Translations under genes and position numbers: made by a program
Assembly (NCBI RefSeq): GCF_963921235.1
Contig: NC_086097.1
Coordinates: 12,028,001 to 12,092,000 of the forward strand
Length of the DNA: 64,000 bases
Source: Mobula hypostoma
Taxonomy: Eukaryota
Reading direction: 5' to 3'
Shown here: positions 23,601-37,014 of the stretch, one piece after another
Position numbering within the stretch: position 1 is the stretch's first letter
Layout: every line of letters starts with the position of its first letter
Notes under the pieces: model-generated
Told to the model about the DNA's origin: nothing
Seen by the model: the letters and a program-made list of their open reading frames with translations, nothing else
Databases searched by the model: none

Positions 23601-24428
23601 AATTAAGAAGGATCTGTTCAGTTCAAAAACTTCCCAGACATTTGAATGTGGATGTCTATGATAGTACAATTCCTAGTTAACTCCTTCCTTAATCTCCTTT
23701 AGTGGTGATGGTATTTCATACGCTAACGTCCACTTCAGCTTCCAATATAAAGCATCTTTTGATTGGACAAATAATGAGGACATGGAGAATTAATTGAATC
23801 CTAATGTTCACCCCACTACAATCATCCTTTTCATTTCAAGAAATAATAAAAGGCTAGGCCTTTTGATGTTTTATTTTCCTTGATAGCATATTGCTTTATG
23901 CCTTGGTCTACGGTTCTTTCGTACTTTATTTGGATGCAGTATTCGACCAAATTAGGGTAAAATAAGGTATAAAGGGAATATTAGTGAACATATTGGCCAA
24001 AATCTTATTAGAGAAAATTCAACATTTTCAATACAGTTGTTTAGCTGGAATCAGGTGCAGTGTGATTTTTGACAACCTTACAAAAATGGGTCCAATTTGA
24101 CTCCATGTTCATGATTTGGTTGCATACAGCACAGAGTATGGAAAATTGCAGTCCAGTACAGGCCCTTCAGTCCATGATGTTTCACCAACACTTTAACCTA
24201 CTCCAAGATTAATCTACCTCTTCCTTCCCTCCTATGTAGATCTCCATTTTTCTTTCATCCACGTACCTATCTAACAGTGTCTTAAATGTCCTTTGTGTAT
24301 CTACTATCGTCCCTGACAGGGCATTTCATGCACCCACCACTAAAGACCTACCTCTGACATCCTGCCTATCAGACTTGATGGAATGATGGAGTAGACTCTG
24401 GGGACTGAGTGACCTAATTCTGCTCCTA

Positions 24429-24983
24429 CAGTACGGTGCAAAAGTTTTAAGCACATCTATATGGCGAGGGTACCTGTATTTGTGCACAGCATCATATTTG
24501 TCAACATGGATTAGCGAATGGGTTTGCAATTCTGGTATGAGCAAAGGATGTTCGGAATGGTGAGAGTGGAGTGCTGCAAAGGGGTGTGGGACAGCTGGCA
24601 GAGAACAGGAGGAAGCACAGATGTAGACACACCGAGCCCTGAGACACCAGGCAAGGTCACTTATTTGCAAACATTTGCTTCATTGATCTTTATAGAATGT
24701 TTCTCTGGTGCCTCCCGCTCTGTTCCCTCTCCTTTCCCCTTTTCCCAACCATGATCTCCCTCTTCATGCCCCCTTCCCACTCTCAGTCCACAATAGAGAC
24801 CCATATCAGAATCAAGTTTATCATCACTCACATGTGTTATTGGTTTTTTTTTGCTGCAACAGTACAGTGGAATACATAAAATTACTATTGTATGGTGCAA
24901 AAGTCCTAGTCACCCTAGTTATATATCTATCTATCTATATCTATATAAATATATAATGTGCGTAAGAGTTCAGCACAGTACTG
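24429..24983. mobile_element. Composite Tc1/mariner-type MITE (two palindromic mini-units around a cargo)
   Basis: TA duplicated within a CR1 tail (ctgctccTA...TAcgtcttatg); TIR CAGTAC(T/G)GTGCAAAAGT; homologous to 33486-34002. Confidence 0.8.
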
Positions 24984-25009
24984 TACGTCTTATGATCTTA
25001 TAGTCTTAA

Positions 25010-25282
25010 GTGCTGGGGAAACTCAGTAGGTCATGCAGCATCTATGGAAATGAATAAACAGTTGACTTTTCAAGTGGAGACCTTTGAATAAAGAGTCCTG
25101 ATGAAGTGTCTCAGCCCAAAACATCAAAAGTTTATTCATATCCATAGATCAGGGGTTCCCAACCATTTTTATGCCATAGACCAATAACATTACGCAAGGG
25201 GTCCTTAGACCCCATGTTGGGAACCCATGCCATAGATGCTGTCTGACCTTCTGAGTTTCTCCAGTATTTTGTGTGTGTTGAA
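25010..25282. mobile_element. Inverted pair of Penelope-like terminal repeats
   Basis: Minus copy about 25010-25085 then plus copy from gtcctgatgaag near 25095; MITE inserted in the second copy. Confidence 0.7.
25150..25229. mobile_element. hAT-type MITE
   Basis: Perfect 8-bp TSD CCATAGAT (25142-25149, 25230-25237). Confidence 0.9.
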
Positions 25283-25555
25283 CGGTGGGTGAGTTTTCTC
25301 TTTCTGGGGAGATTTGTGATGTGAGTCACCAGGGCCAGAGAAACAAATCACTGGCTCGATGAACAGTGTCACAGTCAGTCGAAATGTTGCCTCACGGTTC
25401 CAACGATATGGGTCCGATTCTGACTTCTGGTGTTCTCTGTGTGGATCTTGTATGTTCTTCCTGTGACTGTGTGGGGATACTCCTTGTGCTCCAGTTACTT
25501 CATACATTCCTAAAACATACAGATTATCATGTTAACTGGCCACGGTAAACTGTCC

Positions 25556-25815
25556 GTCTTCTTCTTCTTCTTCGTTTATACTGGGACACAGGCCTCCAAC
25601 AGCAGCTTGCCAGAGTCCTCTGCCCTGGCCCTGTCTTTCTAATTGTCCCCATCCTTGAAGATCCCTCCACTCTCAGCGATGGATGTGATCTCCGGAGCTT
25701 CTGTTGTTGTTTCTGCAGCTCTAGGTTTTTATGGGATGAGGTTGCTAGCCCTATGTCCAACACTCCTCCTTTCACAGCCAGGCTTGTGACATCCATGGTG
25801 GAGCAAAATTGTCCC
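25556..25815 (-). mobile_element. Bipartite RTE-derived short element
   Basis: (GAA)n tail on the minus strand; homologous to 29394-29606; RTE-like ORF-end peptide (GQ....AQ.RGLW...V.GLC). Confidence 0.6.
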
Positions 25816-27284
25816 TGTAGTGCTGTGATACTTTGAAACCATAAGACCATAAGATACAGGAGCAGAATTAGGCCATTTGACCCATTGAGTCTGCTCCACC
25901 GTATCATCATGATCCAATTTTCTCGCCTTTCTGTGAGTCAAAGTTGGTTGTTTGCTCAGCACCCACTCAGATAGCCTGGTGGGAATCAGAAATCTTGGAT
26001 GCAAAGTGGTTATCCTGCTGTTCCTGTACTTCTAAACCATAATTTTGTGCCACTTCCACCACAATACAGTGCCATTCCATTCTTCTGGCCGTTCTCTTGA
26101 GAGCTTATTATATTACCACAAGATACGTGTGGGCAGTTGTGTCTCTGGATTCAAGTCCAAAAGATCCTGGCCTGAACACTTTTATTGGGAGATGGAAATT
26201 CCATCTTATCTGTCCCTATGGAATGAGTGATGGACTAACACAGATTGCCTCAGCAGCTGATGAAGTAATTATCGAGCTATACAATATGACCTGTTAAACT
26301 AAAGAGCATTACGCAATGGCTTCACTCTGAAAAGGTGAGCCAATTAGAAAATAATAGTCTCTGGAAATTATTTTCAGTTGCTTAGATAAACTGCGACATT
26401 TGTTTCAAATCTTTAGGGTGGTTTCGGGAGACTGAACTCAAGACGTATCGGGAGAGATTAAAGTGATACATTGTCATTTCTAAGTAGGGGACTTGTGCTG
26501 ATATGACTTGCCCCTTTAAGGTCTTTGAAGTGGTCTATTTGAACTGACAAGTGATACTGTGCATCTTTGTTTATTATTAAGGAGGCTGCATAGTCCATAA
26601 ATACTAGTTTACAAGCCAAAAACGTTAATAGCAAAGTGACAACCCAATAATGACGTTACTTTGAAGAAGAAGTGTTTAGTTGACTAGTATTGAAAAATGA
26701 GCTATTGATATAAAGATTAAATTTGCCTTCTCCTTTGATTTCATACTGAGGGATTGCTCATTCCTGATCTGGAATGAAGGCTCTGAATTTGAATTTATAA
26801 ATTCCCTGAGGTGAAAATTACTGGATAAGCATCCAAAGGTGAGAACCATTGATTAGGGTCCAAGGGCCAGATCATTTGCTTAAGCACCACATTCGCCCCT
26901 CTGACCCACTTGGCTATGTAAACACTGTACCCTCACCATCCTTCAGATGCCCTGCAGAACAAAACTGAAAGCTCAGCCTGGTTGCAGTTGAAATAGGTTT
27001 AAAATACTTTTTTAAATATGATAATTCATAAAAGCACTTTTTGCTGGGAAAAGCACATTTTGCCTGAAAACGCACACGCAATGGTTTGGAACACATTTTT
27101 CTTCTCCAATATGAACCCATGAACACTACCTCGCTGTTTTGCTCTCTTTTTGCACTATATAGTTAATTTTAAAAATATTTCTTATTGTAACTTATAGTAA
27201 TTTTTATTAAAACCCAATAATTTTTTATATATTGCACTGTACAGCCCCCATAAAACAACAAATTTCATGACAGTGGTAATATAA

Positions 27285-27382
27285 GCCTGATAAGGATCTT
27301 GGCCTGAAACGTTGACTGTTTATTAATTTCCATAAATGCTGCCTGACCTGTTGAGTTCCTCCAGAATTTTGTGTGTGTTGCT
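27285..27382 (+). mobile_element. Penelope-like terminal repeat
   Basis: cctgataaggatcttggcctgaaacgttgactg, fused to a Rex-type tail. Confidence 0.7.
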
Positions 27383-27454
27383 GATAATGTTAAACATTAT
27401 CCATCAAAAGAAAAGAATAAATTCATCATTTTTCATCCAGGTTAGAGGAGGAAG

Positions 27455-27750
27455 GATTATTGTTTCATAGTTCCAGGAAGCCGGTTTCAATCTTTCATTC
27501 TTGACCACTGGTGGTGTCTGGGTGGGGTTTCTGTGCTCTCCCTACTATTGCAAGGGTTTCCTTCAGATGCTATGTGAGCATTGATTAAGTTTACTGTAAA
27601 CTCCTAAATCATTCCTTTTGTGTACGTGAGTGGAAAAATCTATGGGTAAGTTGAGAAGATGTGCCACAAATAAAAGGGGGTGAGGTATTTGATGGCCTGC
27701 ATAGACTAAATGGGCCAATGGGCCTGCTTTTGTGCTGTCCACCTTATGAT
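27455..27750 (+). mobile_element. Degenerate V-SINE
   Basis: ccggtttcaatc...gggtttcc...gggccaatgggcctgcttttgtgctgt. Confidence 0.55.
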
Positions 27751-27849
27751 TCCTGTAAGGTGAACAATCCCATTGAAGTGAATACAGTACCCCTACATGT
27801 GGAGCTAAGCTGAGATGTCATATACAAGTTGTTTGCTGTCCCTCTACAT

Positions 27850-28796
27850 ACTCACTTTACACTTATGACTGTATGGCTAAGCACGACTTCAATGCTGTAT
27901 TTGAGTTTGCTGACAACACGACTGCCGTAGGCCGATTGAAAGGTGGTGATGAGTCAGCATATAGGAGGGAGGTTCAAAACCTGGCCGAGTGGTACCACAA
28001 CAACAGCCTCTTACTCAATGCCAGCAAGACCAAGAAGCTGATTATTGCCTTCAGGAGAAGGAAACCAGAGGCCCACAAGCCAGTCCTTACTGAAGGATCA
28101 GCGGTGGAAAGGGTCAGCAACTTTAAATAACTCAGTGTTATTATTTCGGAGAAACTTTCCTGGGCCCAGGACGTAAGTGCAATTACAAAGTAAGCAGGAC
28201 AATGCCTTTACTTCCTTAGGAGTTGGTGAAAATTCGGCATGGCATCTAAAACTTTGACAAACTTCTATAGATGTGTAGTGAAGAGTATATTGACTGCCTG
28301 CATCACAGCCTGGTATGGAATCACCAATGCCCTTGAGCAGGAAATCCTACAAAAAGTAGTGGATACGGCCCATTCCATCGCAGGTAAAGCCCTCCCCTGC
28401 ATTGAGCACATTTATATGAAACACTGTCGTAGGAAAGCAGCATCCATCGGCAGGGAACCCCTCCACCAAAGGATATTACTTCACTCAACTTCACTTGCGC
28501 CATCTTTGAACTGTTCCCACAACCTATGGAATCACTTTCAAGGACTCTTCATCTCATGTACTCAATATTTATTGCTTATTTATTTATTATTACCATTTCT
28601 TTCTTTTTGTATTTGCACAGTTTGTTGTCTTTTGCACTCTGATTGAAAGCCCAAGTTGATGTGATTGATTTCATTGATTCTGTTATGATTATTATTCCAT
28701 AGATTTATTGGTTATGCCCATAAGACAATAAGTCCCAAGGTAGTTTATGGTGACATATATGTACTTTGATAATAAATTTGCTTCGAACTTTGAACT
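27850..28796 (+). mobile_element. Rex1/Babar-type LINE: RT end to 3' tail
   Basis: FEFADNTTAVG..DESAYRREV..L..W...N.L.LN.SKTK; LTNFYRCVV.SILT.CITAWYG; (tttgaac)n tail. Confidence 0.85.
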
Positions 28797-28904
28797 TAAC
28801 CCAGCTCCCTCTTGGACTCAGTGCTGAGAACAGTGGCAGAATGTGAAGTCAGATTCACAGGCATCTGACCTGCAGTGGTGTTATTTATTCACTTGTTGTC
28901 TGTT

Positions 28905-29205
28905 TGTTTGTTTATTTACTTACTTAGAGATACAGCGCAGAACAGGCATTTCTGATCCAAGGGACACAACACTCAGCAACCCACCTATTTAAACCTGGCA
29001 TAATCACATGACAATTAACAATTAACTTGCTGACCGGTGCTTCTTTGGTCTTTGGGAGGAAACCGGAGTATCGAGCGAAAGCAACACGGTCATGGGGAGG
29101 GAGAACATACAAACCTCTTCCAGAAGGCACCAGAATTAAACTCTGAGCTCCAACGGCCTGAGTTGTAATCAGATTGCACTAACCATTATGCTATTGTGGT
29201 ACCTC
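28905..29205 (-). mobile_element. V-SINE copy
   Basis: gggaggaaaccggag V-domain on the reverse strand. Confidence 0.75.
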
Positions 29206-29393
29206 CTTAACCTCTGTGTAAGTCAGGAACATGTTAACCCTGTCTATAGCTCCTCTGTCTAGGTTCCCTTTTGAACTGTTGATGTAGGATGGTTGCCTCC
29301 AGGTGCAATTAATTCATGCACCAACATCATCGCCATGGTTCTACAATAGCTCAGGAAACTTAATTCCAGGGATTAATTAAAATGACTCTGCCT

Positions 29394-29606
29394 GGGACAG
29401 TCCCAAGTCTGGCCCAACCTGCAAAAACCCAGAGTTACAGCAACACCAACAGAAGCTCCAAAGACACCATTCCTGGGACAGGAAGGATCTTTGGATGATA
29501 GGCTACAACTGGGGACGGCTTGAAAAACTGGTTCAGGACAGAGGACTCTGATGAGCTACTATCGATGGCCTATGCTCCAGGAGAGATGATGGGCTTAAGA
29601 AGAAGA
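29394..29606 (+). mobile_element. Bipartite RTE-derived short element
   Basis: Homologous to 25556-25815; ends (aag)n. Confidence 0.55.
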
Positions 29607-29764
29607 TTTAATTAAAGTGCAGAATAAATGAACAAAGCCGGTATATCTCATTGTGACCATGAACCTGCAGGAACATCAATATGGTGAATTCTTCATTGCC
29701 CTTGAAAATGAAGATTATTAGCCATGGAATTGTATACAATTTTCCTCTTGGTTAATGATACCAA

Positions 29765-30022
29765 TCACCATGGTAGTGTAGTGGTTAGTGCAGTGCTTTT
29801 ATAGATAGGGGCATCAGAGTTCAGATTTCAAGTTCAGCACTACCTGTAAGGAGTTTGTATGCTCTCCTGTGACTGTGTGAGTTTCCTCCCACAGACCAAA
29901 GACCTACAGGTTAGTAAGCTAATTGGTCTTTATAAATGTCCTATGATTAGGCTAGGGTTAAACAGGTGGGTTGCAGGGCTATGGGGAAGGGCCTGTTCCA
30001 TGCTGTGCCTCTAAATAAATAA
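29765..30022 (+). mobile_element. V-SINE copy
   Basis: tRNA-like head, V-domain, taaataaat tail. Confidence 0.75.
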
Positions 30023-30179
30023 CATAACTCACCTCTGCCCCTGTAGTCCCTAACAGCTGATGTCCAAAGCTATTGATGTCTGACCATAATATTATATCCC
30101 ACAGTGCTTTCAGCTTTGGAACTATCTTTACATTTAATACACCTTGCAGCTTTTATTTTTGTATTATCAAGCAATGGTC

Positions 30180-30430
30180 TCAATCAGCCAACTCTGTCAT
30201 GGGACCAGCCTCCCCAGCATCGAGTACGTCGACAAAAGGCAGTACCTCTAAAACGGGATTATCTATCATTAAAGATAACCATCGCTCAGGGCATGCCCTC
30301 TTCTTATTGCTACCATCAAGGAGGAGATACAGGAGCCTGAAGAAGCGCACTCAGCATTTTATGAACAGCTTCTTCCCCACCTGCATCAGACTTCTGAAGA
30401 AACAATGAACCCATGAACACTCCCTCACTT
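30180..30430 (+). mobile_element. Rex1/Babar-type fragment
   Basis: IIKDNHRSGHALFLLLPSRRRYRSLK..TQHFMNSFFP. Confidence 0.75.
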
Positions 30431-31679
30431 TTTGTGCAGATGATGCAGAGACAGTGAGGGTATTACACCTGGGTGAGTTTTGTTGAGAAGCTGGATAGCC
30501 ACAGGAAAGAAGCTTCGAAGATGACATGAAATACATAGGGCCTTGGTAGTCAGTGAGGGACTGGCTCTCCCTCGCAAGACTGTACCCAGGTGCATGCTGT
30601 AGGAATAGTCTGCTCTCAATGTCGTGTGGTCAACAAATTTGTCCTCAGAGATTTGGCCTTATCTTTTCAAAGTTCAAAGTTCAAAGTACATTTATTATCG
30701 ACGTATATACAGTATACACTATACAACTTCGAGATTTGTCTCCTTACAGGCAGCCACAAAAAAAAAAGAAACCAATAGAACCCATTAAGTAATAGGAAAA
30801 AAGAATACCGATAAACCTCTAACAATTGAAATGTTCTCTGGCTGCAAGTTTCCTGTATGAAATTAATTTTCATAGTTTGAATTCAAGACTGATGGCTTCT
30901 TGTGGGACTGATGACACCAAATTCAACGGTACCTTTATTCAGTAGTACGTTAATAGTCTCTTATTGTGGGTAGATGCCGGAAAAAAGAACATCACACTGG
31001 CTGCAATAAGATACTTTTCATTGAAATGTTTTATTAATTTTGCTCTTGCATGAGGTTTGCTACACGTACAATGACTCAGGGAACAGTACAGCTATTGTTG
31101 ACCAATGTCCTTGCCATACTTTGACGTATTTCTCAAATGACTGACAGCTGGCCAAAACTAAATTTTATACTAAAGTTGGTTTGTTGCTTTTAGTTTCTTT
31201 ACAATTTTCTCTTAAAATCTTATTGGAAAGTGAAAACATTTTTCTATTCATCGGGTTGTATTTTAAATCTCAAGTTCAAATTCAATTTATTGTCATTCAA
31301 CTGTACACACGTATACCACCAAACAAAATAATTTTCCTCTGTACCAAGGTGCACAATACACAAACATAACAAAGTAATATCACAAATAAATTATCAAGTA
31401 ATAAGATACATTTCAAAGGTTCAAAATGTTCAAAGGTTCATTTGTAGTATACAACTCTGAGATTTGTCTTCTCTCAATAGCCACGAAACAAAGAAATCCA
31501 TGGAAAGTCATCCCTTCCAGTTAAGATGGCACTGATGAACCACTGTAACTTTGGTGGCTAACGAAACAAGGATAGCAACTAAAAACTTTGTTAACAACAC
31601 ATTTTCTGGCAAGCGATCATCACAAGTAATAGTCTGTGACTTTCCTTTGGACTTGGAAGCAATTTAATGAGGCAAAACC

Positions 31680-32385
31680 AAGACAAGGCGAGGCTGTGGG
31701 CCCATCGCCAAGACCATGAAAGAGCATGGAAGATCAGGCACAGGCCAAATCGAAGCCGCAGGGTCCAGGCCCCAGAGCGTATCGACGTGACTGAGCATGA
31801 TGCGCAGACGACAATTTACAGGCTGAATTGAAGTGGTGAACTACGGCATACACAAGCAGCAGAACCTAGTGTTTGGACTGAGAGTTAAGCACCAGGCCAG
31901 ATTAAAAAGGTCAGGATGTCAAGGCCCAAGGTGAAGTAGGGGCTGGTTCAGAGCGCGACTCGAATCGGCAGCAGCCGATGTTCGGAAGGAGTCGGGACAG
32001 GTTGAAAAGGTCAAGGTGTCAGAAAGGTCAGGGTATCGGGGCTCAAGGTGAGGTATGGGTCAATTAAGATCACTGCTCCACGACATTTACTCGGCTGTGT
32101 ACTGAACTATGAACTATTTGCTTGTGGTTACGGTTCGCATGATTTTTTTTATTGCATATTGGGTGTTCATGGTCTTTTTTATGGATTATTTTATTCCTTT
32201 ATTTCCTTTTGGACATGATGTGGTTTTTTTTATCTCTGCACATTGAGAGCTACAGTCTCTTTTTCTTACATAGGGGGTTTGTTTTTGAGTTTCTTTGTTT
32301 TGTGGCTGCCTGTTAGGAGACAAATCTCAAGGTTGTATAATGCATACATACTGTGATAATAAAATGTACTTTGAACTTTGAACTT
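31680..32385 (+). mobile_element. Non-coding element with GC-rich body and Rex-type (tttgaac)n tail
   Basis: Similar to 41345-41790; tail ttgtggctgcctgt..ggagacaaatctcaaggttgta. Confidence 0.5.
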
Positions 32386-32439
32386 CGAAAGAAAAATAGC
32401 AAATCCCCCATGAAAATAAATGCTTCTAGCACTTCATAA

Positions 32440-32700
32440 GCAATAAGACCTGGGTGGTGGCAAGAAGTCCAGTAGTCTTACTGCCTTGCAGGAGAAACTG
32501 TTTCTCATCCTAATGGTTCTTGTCCTAATGCCTCAATACCTCCTACCTGATGGTAGGGGTGTCAAAGAGATGTGGGACAGATGGGAGGGATCATTGACAA
32601 TGCTAAAGGCCCATGCATACACAACACCCTTGATGGATACCTCTGATGAGTGGAAGAGAGACCCCAATGATCCTCTCAGAAGTCCTCGCAATCCTTTGTG
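32440..32700 (-). mobile_element. Rex1/Babar-type fragment
   Basis: SIVNDPSHLSHISLTPLPSGRRY. Confidence 0.65.
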
Positions 32701-33034
32701 GTCACCAGGGAAACTTCTTGACATTGTGTTAGCTAGGAGAATCCACCCCGCAACGATACCCACTGAAATTTTGCCATGTGTTGTGTTGGATTTTCTGCTT
32801 CAGTTAATCACCATATTCAGAATCAGAGTCAGAATCACTACATCATTGCATATAATCCATGTGCAATATGGATCATTTCCTGCAGGGCCGATATCAGTGC
32901 CAAAAGTTGCCGCTTTCTCTTGTGTGCCAGCCTGAAGAAAAGAGTGAACAAGACCTCAAAATCTATCACTGACCTCATGAACTATTCAGCAGCTGTAACC
33001 CCTGCCCTCCTGCATGGCAACTCGCGGTCAGCTC

Positions 33035-34050
33035 AAGTCAAGACAATGTCGAGATTGTTCAATGTAATTTCCATTTCACAAATGTAAAGGAGAGTAAGAA
33101 AGTTGTTAGTCCGGATCTGATGCAGCGCAAAAAGAACACAATAAAATAAGGAACACAATCATAAAAAATACCATAAGCATAAATACATAAGAAAGCTTAT
33201 TTGCAGGACATAGATTGATTGTATGTCCATAAAGTGATGCTAGGCACAGGAGTGTTTGTAGATAGGGTGACTCTGACAGGAAATGATTAAGTACTGGTGG
33301 TGGGGGTGTGGAATTGTTGATCAGGCTTACTGCTTGGGGAAAGTAACTGTTTTGGGACCTGGTGGTCCTGGTGTGGAAGCTATGTAGCGTCCTCCCTGTT
33401 GGGAGTGGGACAAACAGCCCATGTTCAGGGTGGGTTGGATCCCTGATGATGTTACTGGCTCTTTTCCAGCACCTTTCTGTATCTACAACACTGTGCAAAA
33501 GTCTGAAGCATATATACACATATTTATTTATCTAGTATGCCCAAGACTTTTGCACAGTAGCAAGTGGGTAAATCTGGCATTAGAACAGGATATTGGGAAT
33601 GGCAAGGGTGGAGCGCTGTGGGAGGGTTGTGGGACAAGTTGCAGAGGAGTGCCAGGGGCAAGAGATTGCTCAGGTGCAGACACACTTAGCCCTGAGACAC
33701 CAATCAGGATCATTTGATTCCAAACAATTGCTTCATTGATCATTACAAAATGATGCTTCTTACTCAATCTCATCTCCCTTCCCCTTTCCACAACCATGAC
33801 CCCTCTCCCTGCCCCCTTCCCAATCTCAGTTCACAATAGAGACCCATATCAGAATCAGGTTTATCATCACTCACATACTGTATGACATGAAATCTGTTTT
33901 TTTGTGGTAGCAGTACAGTGCAATATATAAACTTACTACAGTAATGTACAAATGTCTTAAGCACCCTAGCCATATATATGTGCTTCGGACTTTACAATAC
34001 TGTGTATCTGGTGGTGGGCAGGCTGGTACAGGTGACAGATTGGGCAGTTT
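33035..34050 (-). mobile_element. Rex1/Babar-type fragment interrupted by the composite MITE
   Basis: RASNIIRDPTHPEHGLFVPLPTGR....TRTTR..NSYFPQAV. Confidence 0.75.
33486..34002. mobile_element. Composite Tc1/mariner-type MITE, second copy
   Basis: Same mini-palindromes and cargo as 24429-24983; left TA flank. Confidence 0.8.
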
Positions 34051-34396
34051 TGACTAAGTACAATTATAAATGCTTCTCCATCCTTTATCCTCAAGTTCCA
34101 TTGGCAGAATAAGTGAACCAATGTGAGCATTCATTTCTAAGGCACAAATTGAGATTTTAATCATGTCCAGTCAGATCCTCTGACCTGAAAAACCATAATT
34201 CAACCTCAGACTATATTCCCCTGAACTTACACTAATATATTTGAAAGCACAAGTTCAAGTTCAAGTTTAAGTGAAGCTAAGTCAAATCAGGTTTATTGTC
34301 ATTTAACGATATACATGTATATAACGTATATAACCATATAATATATATTGAAATGAGATATTTCCTTGAACCAGGGTGTAAAGCACAGTCATACAC

Positions 34397-35147
34397 ATAG
34401 AACATAGAACATAGAACATAGAACATAGAATAGTACAGCACATTACAGGCCCTTCGGACCACAATGTTGTGCCGACCCTCAAACCCTGCCTCCCATATAA
34501 GCCCCCACCTTAAATTCCTCCATATACCTGTCTAGTAGTCTCTTAAACTTCACTAGTGTATCTGCCTCCACCACTGACTCAGGCAGTGCATTCCATGCAC
34601 CAACCACTCTCCGAGTAAAACACTTCCTCTAATATCCCCCTTGAACTTCCCACCCCTTACCTTAAAGCCATGTCCTCTTGTATTGAGCAGTGGTGCCCTG
34701 GGGAAGAGGCGCTGGCTACCCACTCTATCTATTCCTCTTATTATCTTGTACACCTCTATCATGTCTCCTCTCATCCTCCTTCTCTCCAAAGAGTAAAGCC
34801 CTAGCTCCCTTAATCTCTGATCATAATGCATACTCTCTAAACCAGGCAGCAGCCTGGTAAATCTCCTCTGTACCCTTTCCAATGCTTCCACATCCTTCCT
34901 ATAGTGAGGTGACCAGAACTGGACACGGTACTCCAAGTGTGGCCTAACCAGACTTTTATAGAGCTGCATCATTACATCTCGACTCTTAAACTCTATCCCT
35001 CGACTTATGAAAGCTAACACCCATAAGCTTTCTTAACTACCCGATCCACCTGTGAGGCAACTTTCAGGGATCCGTGGACATGTACCCCGGATCCCTCTGC
35101 TCCTCCACACTACCAAGTATCCTGCCATTTACTTTGTACTCTGCCTT
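34397..35147 (-). mobile_element. Young CR1 3' fragment
   Basis: 155-aa open frame LAFISRGIEFKSRDVMMQLYKSLVRPHLEY...; (ATAGAAC)n tail. Confidence 0.95.
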
Positions 35148-35509
35148 ACACACACAGCACATGATAATTTATGAAGGTAAAGAAGAAATCTACAGATGAA
35201 TCACATAAATAACAAACTAATGTGCATTAATATTATTGTAAGGTACAGAACAATTCATCCATAGTTCTGATTTAGGGTCGTGGTCTGAAATGTTGTCTGT
35301 TTATTCACTTCCATTGATGCTGCCAGACTTAAAGAGATCTTCCAGAATTCTGTATGTGTTGCTAATGTCTTCATGTTTATTTTTGTTCATTTTGTCATAA
35401 GTTATGTATACTTCATGTTAATTTAGGTTTTGTGTAGCCTGTAATATTTGTAACATATAGTATTGATGGTATAAAAAGCTAATTTCCATGTATGCCCATG
35501 GACTAGAAC

Positions 35510-35665
35510 TTGAACCTACAGGTTGGCCACATTGCCCACAATCTGCACATCAGATTCCCAGATCTACCACTCTGCAGCAAACTCCACTGCAGCAAGAGTT
35601 TACCAGGAGGACAAGAAGAAAAAAACACTTAAGGACATTTTCAAAGCCTACTTCAAAACAAATAA
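35510..35665 (+). mobile_element. Old RTE (BovB-like) ORF2 relic
   Basis: Degenerate GH...R.P......L....R..GG..K..KD.FKA. Confidence 0.45.
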
Positions 35666-35684
35666 AAACCTTTGGCCTCACCAA

Positions 35685-36095
35685 CTCAAAGTTCAAAGGA
35701 CAAAGAAAATTTATTATTAGCGTACATAAATGTGACTGTGTACAACCCCTGAGATTCATTTTCTTGTAGGCATTTGCAGTAAATACAAAGACACAATAGA
35801 ATCAATGAAAAACAACCAATGTGCAAAACACAACAAATTGTGCAAATACAAACATTAAAAATAAACATAAATAAATAAATATTTATCTATATTGAAGACA
35901 TAAATTGTAGAGTCCTTGAAAATGAGTCAATAGGTTGTGGAATCAGTTCAATGTTGTGATGAGTAAAATTATCCCTTCTGGTTCAAGAGCCTGATGTCTG
36001 AGGGGTAATTACTGTCCCCGAACCTGGTAGTGGGGAGCTGAGGCTCCTGTACCTTCTTCCTGATGGTAGTAGTGAGAAGAGAGGAACACTGGGAA
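35685..36095 (-). mobile_element. Rex-type 3' tail element
   Basis: (caaagtt)n tail; SGRRY..L..PTTRF.DSNYP..IRLLN. Confidence 0.65.
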
Positions 36096-37014
36096 CACTG
36101 GTCCATGACTGTGTCATCTGATAGAGGAACTTTTAAAGTAGTCACCAAGCAATTTGGCCTCAGAAGGCTGTACATTGAGACTATGTGCAGACATCGTACA
36201 CGTGAGAATACAATCACCTTCGTGAGCTCCACTTAGCTTAGAAGAGTCTGATGAGTTCATATCGGATTCACCGGTCTTCTAGAAAAGCACAAAGGTTAGA
36301 TAAAATTATCTGTGAAGTCAATAAAAAGGAGGCTATTGCTCTTTCTGATGGTTCTCTAACTTATTCCTTCCATCCAAACCTTGCACTTTAACATCAGCAT
36401 GTTTCTTGATGCTCAGAATGCGATTCCTCCTGACCAAGTATTTTGATGTAATGTCCACCTAGATTTATTATGAAGGAATAAGTGACATCCTGGCCACCTC
36501 AATCAATGATTTTTCCTTTCAGTTAATGGGCATGTCGTCTTACACGGAGCTGAGATACCTAATTTCCATTGTCATTGGTGAGACTTGTCAGAGAAAGTGT
36601 GAAATTGGAATATTGACAGTAAGTCCTTTTCCTTATAGCATTGAGCCAAAGAATTCAGACATCTTTCTTGTGGTGTTTTGTGAATTCATACAACCTTTGT
36701 CAAATTTCCCAGTAAAGTTATGTATATCTTGAATCATTTGAAAATAAACATGGGTTAAATTATCAAAGATCAGCTGTGAAACTGATGAGACGGGGGATTT
36801 GATAAGTTGAAAACAAGGGACAGGATGCATAATTTTCTTTCATAATAAACCAAAATAGTCATTGCAGCAAAATCTGGATGCTTGGTTGGAGGAATATCAT
36901 TTCAGAACACATTCTGAGTATCAAGTGACAAGATGACTTGACAAGAGGAAGGTTTTAGACTTTAATGAGAGGAATAAGTTTGGGATTCTCTGATTGTCAG
37001 CTTTTCAGGAGAAA

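Noticed and set aside
34397..34430. CRISPR-like or functional tandem repeat (ATAGAAC)n
   Set aside because: Spacerless microsatellite forming the CR1 3' tail
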